Position numbers and translations under genes: made by a program. Shown here piece after piece: positions 29,047 through 37,617 of a DNA stretch of 55,783 bases. The notes beneath the pieces were generated by a model. The model searched no databases, was not told the DNA's origin, and worked only from the letters and a program-made list of their open reading frames with translations. Each line of letters starts with the position of its first letter. Position 1 is the first letter of the stretch. Origin of the DNA: Nitrososphaeria archaeon (GTDB taxonomy: Archaea > Thermoproteota > Nitrososphaeria > Nitrososphaerales > Nitrosopumilaceae); the NCBI GenBank assembly GCA_010028495.1, contig RHCX01000001.1, positions 1 through 55,783 on the forward strand. Reading direction: 5' to 3'.

Positions 29047-29514
29047 TCATTGGACAATTACCTGGCCGCTCATCTCTGGATGTAATGTGCAATGATAGCG
29101 GAATGTGCCTGTCTTATCTGCAACAAATGTTATTGTCTGCGGCTCAAAATAACCCAAGTCTTTGCTGTGTACATTGAACTCGTCGATATTGAAATTGTGC
29201 TTAAAGTCTTTATCGTTGTTCATTACATGCACTGATGCTAATTGATCCCTTGTCAGATATATTGTGGGCGAAACCTGGGTCGTCCCCATTGATTTTTTTC
29301 CTCCTCCAGACTGTGTTACAAACGAAAATCCCTGGTCTGTATGTTTTGCGTTTATGAAAATATTTTCTCCAAAACCAAATACCGGAGTCTTACTGTTCAC
29401 CGGAGTCATTGCATTGATGCCACCATATCCTGCGCCCACTCCTGCCAAAATTATTCCGATTATGACAAATATCTTGATGTTGGATTTTTTCGTCGGTTGT
29501 TTTTGTTTTTTCAT
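29047..29514 (-). CDS. Membrane-anchored cupredoxin (type-1 blue copper) protein
   Basis: N-terminal TM/signal; HNF...YHCTLHPEM supplies His, Cys, His, Met ligands. Confidence 0.9.
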   Translation of the reverse strand: MKKQKQPTKKSNIKIFVIIGIILAGVGAGYGGINAMTPVNSKTPVFGFGENIFINAKHTDQGFSFVTQSGGGKKSMGTTQVSPTIYLTRDQLASVHVMNNDKDFKHNFNIDEFNVHSKDLGYFEPQTITFVADKTGTFRYHCTLHPEMSGQVIVQ

Positions 29515-29551
29515 CTACAATCGAGCCCTGTTTTTGATATTTAGACAATGA

Positions 29552-29564
29552 TTAACAATGTTAA
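29552..29564. promoter_or_regulatory. Palindromic operator candidate TTAAC-AAT-GTTAA
   Basis: Begins 38 nt upstream of the cupredoxin start codon; same arms and offset as the 28243 site. Confidence 0.65.
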
Positions 29565-29600
29565 GCATCCAATAATAAGAAAAAATGATAATCCTATCTT

Positions 29601-29660
29601 AAACGAGGACGCAGCTAGCCATTCTTCGATCAACCCCCTATTCTTCATGCGTTCTCGTTT
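29601..29660. repeat. 13-bp inverted repeat (AAACGAGGACGCA / TGCGTTCTCGTTT) around a 34-nt loop
   Basis: Read directly; 12 of 13 Watson-Crick pairs plus one G-U on the + strand. Confidence 0.7.
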
Positions 29661-29684
29661 TTCTATAATTAGAAAAATTTGTAG

Positions 29685-29807
29685 TCCCAGCCGAAGGAGT
29701 TGAACCTTCGACACTCCGGTATCTGTGTGCCTAGTAGGCTGTGATTTTCAGTTAGCCAATGGCCAACCACTACAGCCGGAAGCTCTACCAGGCTGAGCTA
29801 GGCTGGG
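29685..29807 (-). tRNA. tRNA-Tyr(GTA) with a 49-nt intron (29721-29769)
   Basis: Reverse strand CCCAGCC/GGCTGGG-A (C1-G72), D arm GCTC/GAGC, TCCGG-CT-GTA-G[intron]A-CCGGA, T arm GAAGG-TTCAACT-CCTTC; 74 nt after splicing. Confidence 0.96.
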
Positions 29808-29936
29808 ACAAAAAAATTCGCCAATGTTTCTATTAAATAGGTATTGCTATGGGATCAGAAATTTTTGCGCAGATCCTGATTCTGTTTTTGTATAGATCAA
29901 AAAACTGTTAAATAATCTGAAAATCGCATTTTTGCA

Positions 29937-30542
29937 GTGTCCGAAGTAACATCTGATGGGTATGTGTGCATTCCGTACACGCACGACCACAAGTCAATTG
30001 AAATCAAGGATTCTTGGCAGCAGTCAAAAAGTGTGGAAAACATGTATTTTGTCACCGCTACGTTTTCCGAAGACAGCAAGCCTTACTTTCCATCGCATGC
30101 AAATCACTACCTTTTGGCAAAGTTCAGCAACGATACAAAGATTTCATCAGAAATAACAAAACACAACCAAGAAAAAACAGCTTTTGTCTTTAACACCAGT
30201 AGCGAGATCTTTGAGCGCGACGTAGACGGAACAATGAATTTTGTGTCTGTGTATTATCTGGAATATTCCAAATCTGATGAAGACTTGTCCGATCTTGCAA
30301 TGGTGGTGTCAAAAAATGACTGGGTCAGAAAGGCAACCACTGGAAACATGGAGTCATTTTCCGCAGAGCCACCAAAATTCACATTTCCATACAAGGATCA
30401 TATTGTGGTTTTGGAAGTGTCCGGCCAAAAAAGCCACCAAAGCGTCAACAAGTATTGCGAGCAGACAAGAAGAAATGTTTGCAGAAAAGGGATCACAATG
30501 AACAATTTGGTAGGATTGTCGATTCTTGAAAAGCTAAAGTGA
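29937..30542 (+). CDS. Hypothetical protein
   Basis: 201-aa ORF filling the gap; no motif recognised. Confidence 0.75.
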   Translation: MSEVTSDGYVCIPYTHDHKSIEIKDSWQQSKSVENMYFVTATFSEDSKPYFPSHANHYLLAKFSNDTKISSEITKHNQEKTAFVFNTSSEIFERDVDGTMNFVSVYYLEYSKSDEDLSDLAMVVSKNDWVRKATTGNMESFSAEPPKFTFPYKDHIVVLEVSGQKSHQSVNKYCEQTRRNVCRKGITMNNLVGLSILEKLK

Positions 30543-30583
30543 TCTTCATAAATATTAAATACTGTGCATAATTTGTTCACAAT

Positions 30584-30994
30584 ATGAGTAAGCCTTCAGA
30601 TCTTGGTGCACTAAAAATTGGTTCATACATTTTGTTGCCAGTAGCTGATCAGCCAACTGGTGAACCGTGCAGAATAATCGAATATGATACCAGCAAGCCA
30701 GGAAAACACGGAGCAGCAAAAGCAAGAATTGTGGGCGTTGGAATCTTTGATGGACAAAAAAGACCACATGTCAGTCCAGTTTCAATGCAGGTGCACGTAC
30801 CACTAATTGACAAACGTTCAGGCCAAATTATCTCAATTACCGGCGAACAAGTCCAGCTCATGGATAGTGAAACATTTGAGACACTAGATGTCCAGATGGT
30901 CGACGACGAAGTCCAAGGCAAACTAGAACAGGGACAAATGGTAGAATACTGGAAGGTCATGGACCGAACCAAAGTAATGAGAATAAAGAGTTAG
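30584..30994 (+). CDS. eif5a: Translation factor aIF-5A
   Basis: SKPGKHGAAKAR hypusine motif. Confidence 0.97.
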   Translation: MSKPSDLGALKIGSYILLPVADQPTGEPCRIIEYDTSKPGKHGAAKARIVGVGIFDGQKRPHVSPVSMQVHVPLIDKRSGQIISITGEQVQLMDSETFETLDVQMVDDEVQGKLEQGQMVEYWKVMDRTKVMRIKS

Positions 30995-31024
30995 TACTAA
31001 TATTACAAAAATAATTTCCAAATC

Positions 31025-31090
31025 GGGTCCTGATGATAGGGCGGAAAAGCCATCTGATTTTTGATGAGGGTTATGAGTGCTGAAGGACTC
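31025..31090 (+). ncRNA. Box C/D guide sRNA, predicted target C34 of a CAT-anticodon tRNA (tRNA-Met)
   Basis: C box TGATGA 31031-36, D' CTGA 31054-57, C' TGATGA 31062-67, D CTGA 31080-83, terminal stem GGGTCC/GGACTC; D guide GGGTTATGAGTG. Confidence 0.88.
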
Positions 31091-31123
31091 TAGTTAATAC
31101 CTAAGATATTGAGCCATGATACC

Positions 31124-31816
31124 ATGAAGCTTGCAGCGTTGTTTTCTGGCGGAAAGGACAGCACGTATGCAATTTACCAGGCGCGTAAGATGGGCCACGA
31201 CGTAAAATGTCTTTTAACAATAATGCCTCTATCAGAAGATAGTCATCTCCTACATCATCCAAATATTTCAGCAACAAAACTGCAGGCAGAATCAATGAAG
31301 ATTCCTCAGATTCGCTTGGAATCAAAATCGGACAACACACAAGATGAACTGGAACTGCTAAAACACGGACTGGAGCAGGCAAAAAAAGACCTCTCCATAC
31401 AAGGGGTTGTTCATGGTGGAATACTGAGTGAATTCCAAAGGACAAAGTTTGAGTCCATTGCACAGGATCTGGGATTACAAGTAATTGTACCAATCTGGAA
31501 AAAAGATCAGAAACAATACATGAAGGAATTATTGGATTCCGGATTTGAATTTGTAATATCTGCTGTTTCCTGCGATGGACTAGACGAATCCTGGGTTGGG
31601 AAAAAAATTACTATACAGGATCTCACCACCTTGATGGAAAAATCAGAAAAATTCAAGTTCAATTTGAGCTTTGAAGGTGGCGAAGCAGAAACATTCGTTA
31701 CCAACTGTCCGTTGTTTTCCAATCCAATTGAAATCACACAATTCCACAAATCATGGGATGGATACAGAGGAAGATTTGAAATAGTGCAGGCAAAGATGAA
31801 AAACAATGCTAGATAA
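31124..31816 (+). CDS. dph6: Diphthine-ammonia ligase (Dph6, PP-loop ATPase)
   Basis: LFSGGKDS, G.I.S.FQ, EGGEAETFV..CPLF. Confidence 0.88.
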   Translation: MKLAALFSGGKDSTYAIYQARKMGHDVKCLLTIMPLSEDSHLLHHPNISATKLQAESMKIPQIRLESKSDNTQDELELLKHGLEQAKKDLSIQGVVHGGILSEFQRTKFESIAQDLGLQVIVPIWKKDQKQYMKELLDSGFEFVISAVSCDGLDESWVGKKITIQDLTTLMEKSEKFKFNLSFEGGEAETFVTNCPLFSNPIEITQFHKSWDGYRGRFEIVQAKMKNNAR

Positions 31817-33131
31817 TCTCAAGACAGGACTACGAGCAGCAATCAAAAAAATCGTTAGCTCATCCGGAGTTGACGAGGAGATGATCAAGCAGCTGGCAAA
31901 CGATGTTCTAAAATCACTTTTGAGTGCAGATGTCAAGACTACATTGGCAATCCAGATAGCAGAAAATCTAAAAAAACGTTCACTTACAGAGACTCCCCCA
32001 CCGGGGCTATCAAGAAAAGATCACATTATCAAAATTCTATATGATGAGCTTGCAGGATTATTGGGAAAGGAAAATGACTTTCAGTTCCAGCCTGGCAAGC
32101 TAAACCGAGTCCTAATGCTTGGAATCCAGGGAAGCGGCAAGACCACCATTACTGGTAAGCTGGCAAAATTCCTTACCAAGCAAGGATACAAAGTTGGAGT
32201 AATTGGTGCAGATACATACAGACCTGGAGCTCTGGTCCAGCTAAAGACAAATTGTGAAAAATCCGGAGTCGAGGTTTATGGGGAAGAAAACAACAAGGAT
32301 GCACCAGGAATCGTCAAAAACGGACTAAAGCACTTTGAGAATCAAAACTTGGATGTCATGCTAATTGATACTGCCGGCAGACACAAGGAGGAAAAAGATC
32401 TATTAGATGAAATGAGAGAAATCGGCAAAGTTGCTGAGCCGGACCTTGCATTGCTTGTCATAGATGGTACGATAGGCCAGCAATGCTACAATCAGGCAGA
32501 ATCATTTCATAAAACCGTTCCAGTTGGTGGAATTATAATCACAAAGCTAGACTCTTCCGCAAAAGGTGGTGGGGCACTGGCAGCATCCGCTGCAACCGGC
32601 GCCAAGGTGATGTATATTGGTACTGGTGAGCGCGTCGATGATCTGGAACTGTTCTCACCAACAAGATTTGTTGGAAGACTACTCGGTATGGGCGACATTC
32701 AGGCAGTATTGGATCTAGCAAAAAGATTGGAAACAGAAGCAGACGATGTTCGACTAAAGAGAATCTCTAGTGGTAAAATGAACATGGAGGACTTTTATTA
32801 TCAACTCGAAGAAGTGTCCAAAGTTGGCTCACTCAAGGGACTACTCGATAATATGCCGGGATTATCTGGGATGGTAAAAGAAGACCAAGTAGAACAGATG
32901 GAAACCCGCGTCCAAAGATGGCGATACATAATTCAAAGCATGTCCAAACAGGAAAAGGCAGACCCTGACCTGCTAAATGCATCAAGAATCAAAAGAATCG
33001 CTCGCGGATGTGGCTGGCCTGAACACGAGGTAAAGGAGCTTCTAAAAAACTACAAAAACTCCAAGGGAATGATGAAGGCAGCAAAAGGCAGACAGATGCA
33101 AGGATTTCTGCGAAAAATGGGAATGGGTTAG
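31806..33131 (+). CDS. srp54: Signal recognition particle protein SRP54
   Basis: [36 protein letters not shown] domain. Confidence 0.97.
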   Translation: MLDNLKTGLRAAIKKIVSSSGVDEEMIKQLANDVLKSLLSADVKTTLAIQIAENLKKRSLTETPPPGLSRKDHIIKILYDELAGLLGKENDFQFQPGKLNRVLMLGIQGSGKTTITGKLAKFLTKQGYKVGVIGADTYRPGALVQLKTNCEKSGVEVYGEENNKDAPGIVKNGLKHFENQNLDVMLIDTAGRHKEEKDLLDEMREIGKVAEPDLALLVIDGTIGQQCYNQAESFHKTVPVGGIIITKLDSSAKGGGALAASAATGAKVMYIGTGERVDDLELFSPTRFVGRLLGMGDIQAVLDLAKRLETEADDVRLKRISSGKMNMEDFYYQLEEVSKVGSLKGLLDNMPGLSGMVKEDQVEQMETRVQRWRYIIQSMSKQEKADPDLLNASRIKRIARGCGWPEHEVKELLKNYKNSKGMMKAAKGRQMQGFLRKMGMG

Positions 33132-33168
33132 GCAAACCACTAATACTCTTTTTGTAAAAATTCTATAG

Positions 33169-34329
33169 TTGACACAAGACAAAAAATTCTCCCAAGTTCT
33201 GGATTTGTCCAAAAAAATCCTAGCAGAATATGATCTGTGTGATAACTGCCTAGGTAGATTGTTTGCAAAAAAACTACACCTGACATCAAACAAGCTTTTG
33301 GGTAAAAAAATCCACAAAAAACTCAAAATCCAAAACAAAAAGTGTCATATCTGCAAAAACGCCTTTGACACCGTACATTTCTACTTGGAAAAAATGCAAA
33401 GCGCATCATCGCAATATCAATACAAGACGTTTCTTGTAGGTGCCAAGCTAAAACCGTCTGTGTTAGACCGAGACGATCACATCAGATCCCAGTTCAAGCT
33501 AAAGGGAATAGATGCTGTCAAGACAAGCATTACTAGAGAAATTGCAAAACAATATTCAAAAAAGATACATAAAAAGCCAGTCCAACAAGACCAAGACCTC
33601 ACCATCACAGTTGATTTCAAAACCGAATCCTGTGAGGTTCACTCAAAATCACTGTGTCTTTCAGGAAGATATGTCAAGCCAGTAAGAGATGTTCCACAAA
33701 AGCAAAAGCCATGCCAAAACTGCCTAGGCAAGGGCTGTGTCACATGCAATCATCACGGCATGGCAGAATTTGATAGCGTGGAAGGCATGATCTGCAAGTA
33801 TATTTTTGAGAAATTTGGAGCAGTCCAGGCAAAAATAACTTGGATTGGAGGTGAAGACACAACAAGCCTTGTTTCTGGTAAGGGCAGGCCGTTTTTTGCC
33901 AAGATAACAAACCCAAAGAAAAGAAAAGTAACAATACCGAAAACCGTCATATCAAATAAAATCAAAATTCACAACCTAAAGCAAATTGCAAAAATCCCAC
34001 AGGGACCAATCCCATTCCGGTCCAAGGCAGTATTGCAAATTACAACTGAAGGTCAAATTACACCAGAAAGCATTGCTAAACTTGATGAGCTAAACAACAA
34101 TACTGTGGCAATCTATGAAAAGTCAGGCAAAAGATCAGAAAAGAAAATCCACTCTGTTTCATATGTGATAAACTCACCAAACTCATTTACGCTAAAAATG
34201 AGTCTTGATGGAGGAATCCCTCTAAAGCATTTTGTGTCTGGCGATGATGTTTTTCCAAACGTCTCTGATTTGATGTCAAACAAGTCAAAGCTGGAACAGT
34301 TTGATTTTGATGAAGTATCAACACGCTAA
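33169..34329 (+). CDS. pus10: tRNA pseudouridine synthase Pus10 (divergent catalytic motif)
   Basis: LCDNCLGRLF and CHIC N-terminal Zn/THUMP region, GRY.K..R..PQ, CQNCLGKGCVTC, GRPF. Confidence 0.85.
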   Translation: MTQDKKFSQVLDLSKKILAEYDLCDNCLGRLFAKKLHLTSNKLLGKKIHKKLKIQNKKCHICKNAFDTVHFYLEKMQSASSQYQYKTFLVGAKLKPSVLDRDDHIRSQFKLKGIDAVKTSITREIAKQYSKKIHKKPVQQDQDLTITVDFKTESCEVHSKSLCLSGRYVKPVRDVPQKQKPCQNCLGKGCVTCNHHGMAEFDSVEGMICKYIFEKFGAVQAKITWIGGEDTTSLVSGKGRPFFAKITNPKKRKVTIPKTVISNKIKIHNLKQIAKIPQGPIPFRSKAVLQITTEGQITPESIAKLDELNNNTVAIYEKSGKRSEKKIHSVSYVINSPNSFTLKMSLDGGIPLKHFVSGDDVFPNVSDLMSNKSKLEQFDFDEVSTR

Positions 34330-34362
34330 GGCTTTTTACATGTGTAACTCGAAGTCAAACCA

Positions 34363-35070
34363 TTGGACCAGCTAGTAAAAGTAAGAGAAGCACTCCAAAA
34401 GGGACTCTTACCGCAAGACATCTATGATACTATATCCGAACGATTCGAGCTTGTCAAACAAGGAATTACAAGAATCGAAAAGGCGTCAGGCACTCACTAT
34501 CCAATATCATACGTGGAACCATCAGCTATTCTAACTAGCGGCTCTGATATGTCATTTCAATATGGAATTTTGTTTGCAAGAACATTGCCTGTTTTCTTTG
34601 AAGAAAAGTTTCAAGTTGTAATCCAGATTTCGGCACCGCTTGTTGCGTTTGGACTCAAAGGAACAATTCACGCAATACTTGCGCACGAATTTCTGCACTA
34701 TATAGAATTAATTCGCAAAATATCAAAAATGGAGATGCTTTCAGACGAGATATCCTCAAATCTTTTTGAAAACACATATGCAGACAGCACCAGATTATTT
34801 GAGCCAAGGGCGGTATTCTCGGACCAAACCCTGCTTACTCATATAACAAAAAAATTCCCAACCGGATTCAAGGACTATAAACTAGAAGACAAAACCGACA
34901 AGTTCTGGATATCAAAACAACTACCAGTAACTAAAGTAGCGTTGGATTCCAACACTGTCAAGCTTTCCGCCGAAGCGTTATCCAAAATTACAATAGATCC
35001 AACACTATTGCAAAAAATCCAAGAATACGAGCTTAAAGAATCCAAACTACGAAAGAAAAAGCTTTACTGA
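34363..35070 (+). CDS. Hypothetical protein with HExxH motif
   Basis: AILAHEFLHYIE. Confidence 0.8.
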   Translation: MDQLVKVREALQKGLLPQDIYDTISERFELVKQGITRIEKASGTHYPISYVEPSAILTSGSDMSFQYGILFARTLPVFFEEKFQVVIQISAPLVAFGLKGTIHAILAHEFLHYIELIRKISKMEMLSDEISSNLFENTYADSTRLFEPRAVFSDQTLLTHITKKFPTGFKDYKLEDKTDKFWISKQLPVTKVALDSNTVKLSAEALSKITIDPTLLQKIQEYELKESKLRKKKLY

Positions 35071-35243
35071 TTAAATTCAGTCAGACCGCACTTGCCACAA
35101 GTCTTTCTGTTCTTGTGCTCTGACATGAAAACGCCTTTACCGCATCTTGAGCAGACCTTATGTGTTTTTGTAGCCTTGTCTCCAGAAACTTTGTACATTG
35201 CAGCAATGCCAGATGATTTTTTTTCTGCCTTTTTGCCTGCCAT
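35064..35243 (-). CDS. rps27ae: 30S ribosomal protein S27ae (not in ORF track)
   Basis: Manual translation MAGKKAEKKSSGIAAMYKVSGDKATKTHKVCSRCGKGVFMSEHKNRKTCGKCGLTEFNQ*; follows S24e. Confidence 0.95.
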   Translation of the reverse strand: MAGKKAEKKSSGIAAMYKVSGDKATKTHKVCSRCGKGVFMSEHKNRKTCGKCGLTEFNQ

Positions 35244-35590
35244 TATGAGCTACCTTCTGCTGGTGTTTCTGCAGGAGCCTCTTCTTTTGGAGCAGCAGCT
35301 GCAATCGCGGCCTTGATTTTATCTATTCTTTTGAAAATTGTTGGGTTGACCTGTTTTTTTGCCAACTCTTCGTTATCATAAACATAGAACACGCCGGTAA
35401 CTGTGGGTCTACCAGAATGGCTTTTCATTGAAATTGGAATGATTACCTTGCCGTCAAGCTTGAATTGCTTTGAAATCATGTCTGCAGCGTCTAGTTTCTT
35501 TAGTTTTCCTGCCAAGCCTGGAAAATCACACGTGATTTCTCTTCTTGAGAGGAATGTATTGTTTACGTCGCTTACTATTTGCATTGACAT
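35243..35590 (-). CDS. rps24e: 30S ribosomal protein S24e
   Basis: N.FLSRREI, G...VYD; S24e-S27ae gene pair. Confidence 0.9.
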   Translation of the reverse strand: MSMQIVSDVNNTFLSRREITCDFPGLAGKLKKLDAADMISKQFKLDGKVIIPISMKSHSGRPTVTGVFYVYDNEELAKKQVNPTIFKRIDKIKAAIAAAAPKEEAPAETPAEGSS

Positions 35591-35673
35591 GTATTCTTGG
35601 CTCGTTTTTCTATTTCATATAAACCTTGATTGGTTTTCCCGAAGAGATTTAAGAAAATCAGCATTTTCCTAAT

Positions 35674-36231
35674 TTGTTGGACCGTTTCATGTTACATCTA
35701 AAAAACACCGGATTTGTTCCGCAGGATACTGGAGAGATTTTGGAGAGGGCTAGAATCCTTGGCAAGGGATGCATCATTAGGGACTGTCGAGTATCAACAA
35801 AATACATCGAGTTTGATGTGTCTATTAGTAAATCAAGACTGGATATCTTGCTTGAAAAATTAACAGTAATTGCACCACTAGACCATGCAAGACTAGTGGA
35901 AGAAGAAGACATTAACAAAGAAGAAGGAGTTCAAAAGGGAATTTCTTATTTCAATGATGAGCGTTTTTGGGAGGCGCACGAAGTCCTCGAGGGCGTTTGG
36001 AAAAAATCATACGAGGGAGAAAAGGAACTTGTCCAGGGAATAATACTGATTGCAGCTGCTCTGGTTCATTACCAAAAGGCCGAAAATCTAATCTGCCTTT
36101 CTATTCTAAAAAGAGCAGAGGAAAAACTCTCAAGGTCTGGCGGCATGTATCATAGTATAGATGTGGATCAGATGAGAAAAAAACTACACCAAATAATCGA
36201 TACTGAAAAAATCTTTTTGTTTACTATTTGA
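35674..36231 (+). CDS. DUF309-domain protein
   Basis: FN..RFWEAHEVLEGVW...QG.I..AAA..H. Confidence 0.9.
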   Translation: MLDRFMLHLKNTGFVPQDTGEILERARILGKGCIIRDCRVSTKYIEFDVSISKSRLDILLEKLTVIAPLDHARLVEEEDINKEEGVQKGISYFNDERFWEAHEVLEGVWKKSYEGEKELVQGIILIAAALVHYQKAENLICLSILKRAEEKLSRSGGMYHSIDVDQMRKKLHQIIDTEKIFLFTI

Positions 36232-37504
36232 TTAGCTGGATGGCAGTCTTTACCACTTGGGCGCCTTCCAAAAGGCCAATACTTCCTATCTTTGCATTCT
36301 TTTCTGTATATCGCGTGCTGTTGTCCTTTTTGACCATGTCTCCTGAGACCAGAACCGGTACGGGATCGTCAGAATGGCCCTTGTTTATGCATGGAGTAGA
36401 GTGATCAGCTGACACCACTACTGCTACTTTGCTCGTATCGATATTATCAAGTAAGGTTCCAAAGAATCGCTTGTCTATTTCCTCAATATTTTTCATTTTG
36501 CCGATTGCATCGCCATCATGACCAAACTCATCAGGTCCCTTTAGGTGAACATAGATTGCATTTTCAGTCTCCATCGCCTTTGCTGCGACTCTGGCCTTTT
36601 CTTCATAGTCTGTCAGACCACCTGCACTGAATGTGCGCATTTTGAGTACCTCGGATATACCGATTTCAACTGGCATATCAACAATACACGAAAACCTCAT
36701 CGTGTACAAGTCATTAATCGGAACTACCTTTGGATAGTGATTGCCTGCATCTCGTAATAAAATAGAGTTGAGTAGTTTTTTACCTTGGGCCTTTCTGTTT
36801 TTATTTGTCTGACTGTCTTTGAGAATCTGCAATGACTGCTCTGTGAACTCGTTTACCAGCTTTGCAGTAATCTCTGAATTTGGCATTTGGTTGAGCGGTA
36901 GACATCTCTCAATTTTGAGATAATCTCCTACTGCTTTGGCAATTCCCATGCCTTCTACTCGAGAGTATGCAGGATCTGTGTTTGTTATTTCTGCTGATAG
37001 TGGTTTTCCCTCACAACGAATTCTTACCACTACTCGATGTCCTATTGTTGGAGTAACAACTACTGTTGTACCAGGAACTGAGAATTTTATTTTATTTTCA
37101 ATTTCTTTGGATACTGCTATGGCGTCTTCTTTTTCGATTTTACGTCCAGCACGTCTGTCCACAATAATTCCAGAGTCATCCAAAGTGGCAAAGTTTCCCC
37201 GCAATGCCAAATCCCCATCCTTAAAGTCGATTCCAGTGCCGATTGCCTCGATTACCCCTCTTCCTGCATATTCAGAGTGCTGGAATTTGTAGCCAAGCAT
37301 GTTAAAGACGGCGATGTCTGATTCTGGGGCTATGCCTTTGCCGACAGAGATGACCTCACCCATTGCGCCGTTTTTTGTTAATCTGTCCAGACTGGGAGTA
37401 TTTGCATAATCTAGGGGAGTTGTGTTTTTCAGATCTGGATGTGGCAAGTCTCCAACACCGTCCAGCAAAACATAAACGAATTTAACTTTGGAATTATCTG
37501 ACAC
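36224..37504 (-). CDS. apgM: 2,3-bisphosphoglycerate-independent phosphoglycerate mutase (archaeal)
   Basis: LDGVGD, PESD, DRRAGR, HLKGPDEFGHDG, SADHSTP, HS.DPVP. Confidence 0.95.
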   Translation of the reverse strand: MSDNSKVKFVYVLLDGVGDLPHPDLKNTTPLDYANTPSLDRLTKNGAMGEVISVGKGIAPESDIAVFNMLGYKFQHSEYAGRGVIEAIGTGIDFKDGDLALRGNFATLDDSGIIVDRRAGRKIEKEDAIAVSKEIENKIKFSVPGTTVVVTPTIGHRVVVRIRCEGKPLSAEITNTDPAYSRVEGMGIAKAVGDYLKIERCLPLNQMPNSEITAKLVNEFTEQSLQILKDSQTNKNRKAQGKKLLNSILLRDAGNHYPKVVPINDLYTMRFSCIVDMPVEIGISEVLKMRTFSAGGLTDYEEKARVAAKAMETENAIYVHLKGPDEFGHDGDAIGKMKNIEEIDKRFFGTLLDNIDTSKVAVVVSADHSTPCINKGHSDDPVPVLVSGDMVKKDNSTRYTEKNAKIGSIGLLEGAQVVKTAIQLIK

Positions 37505-37617
37505 GTGATCCCCTTTTTGAAAACTGATCTTGGATCACTTTAAACTTTGAGCTGACCCAAAATCAAAATCGCGATCTTTGAAAAGGTTTTATGATACACG
37601 CATTCATAGTATCGAAT

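Noticed and set aside
26763-29685. Genomic island integrated at the tRNA-Tyr 3' end
   Set aside because: No integrase and no duplicated tRNA 3' fragment found by eye
35092-35316. 74-aa plus-strand ORF from the track
   Set aside because: Antisense shadow of rps27ae/rps24e
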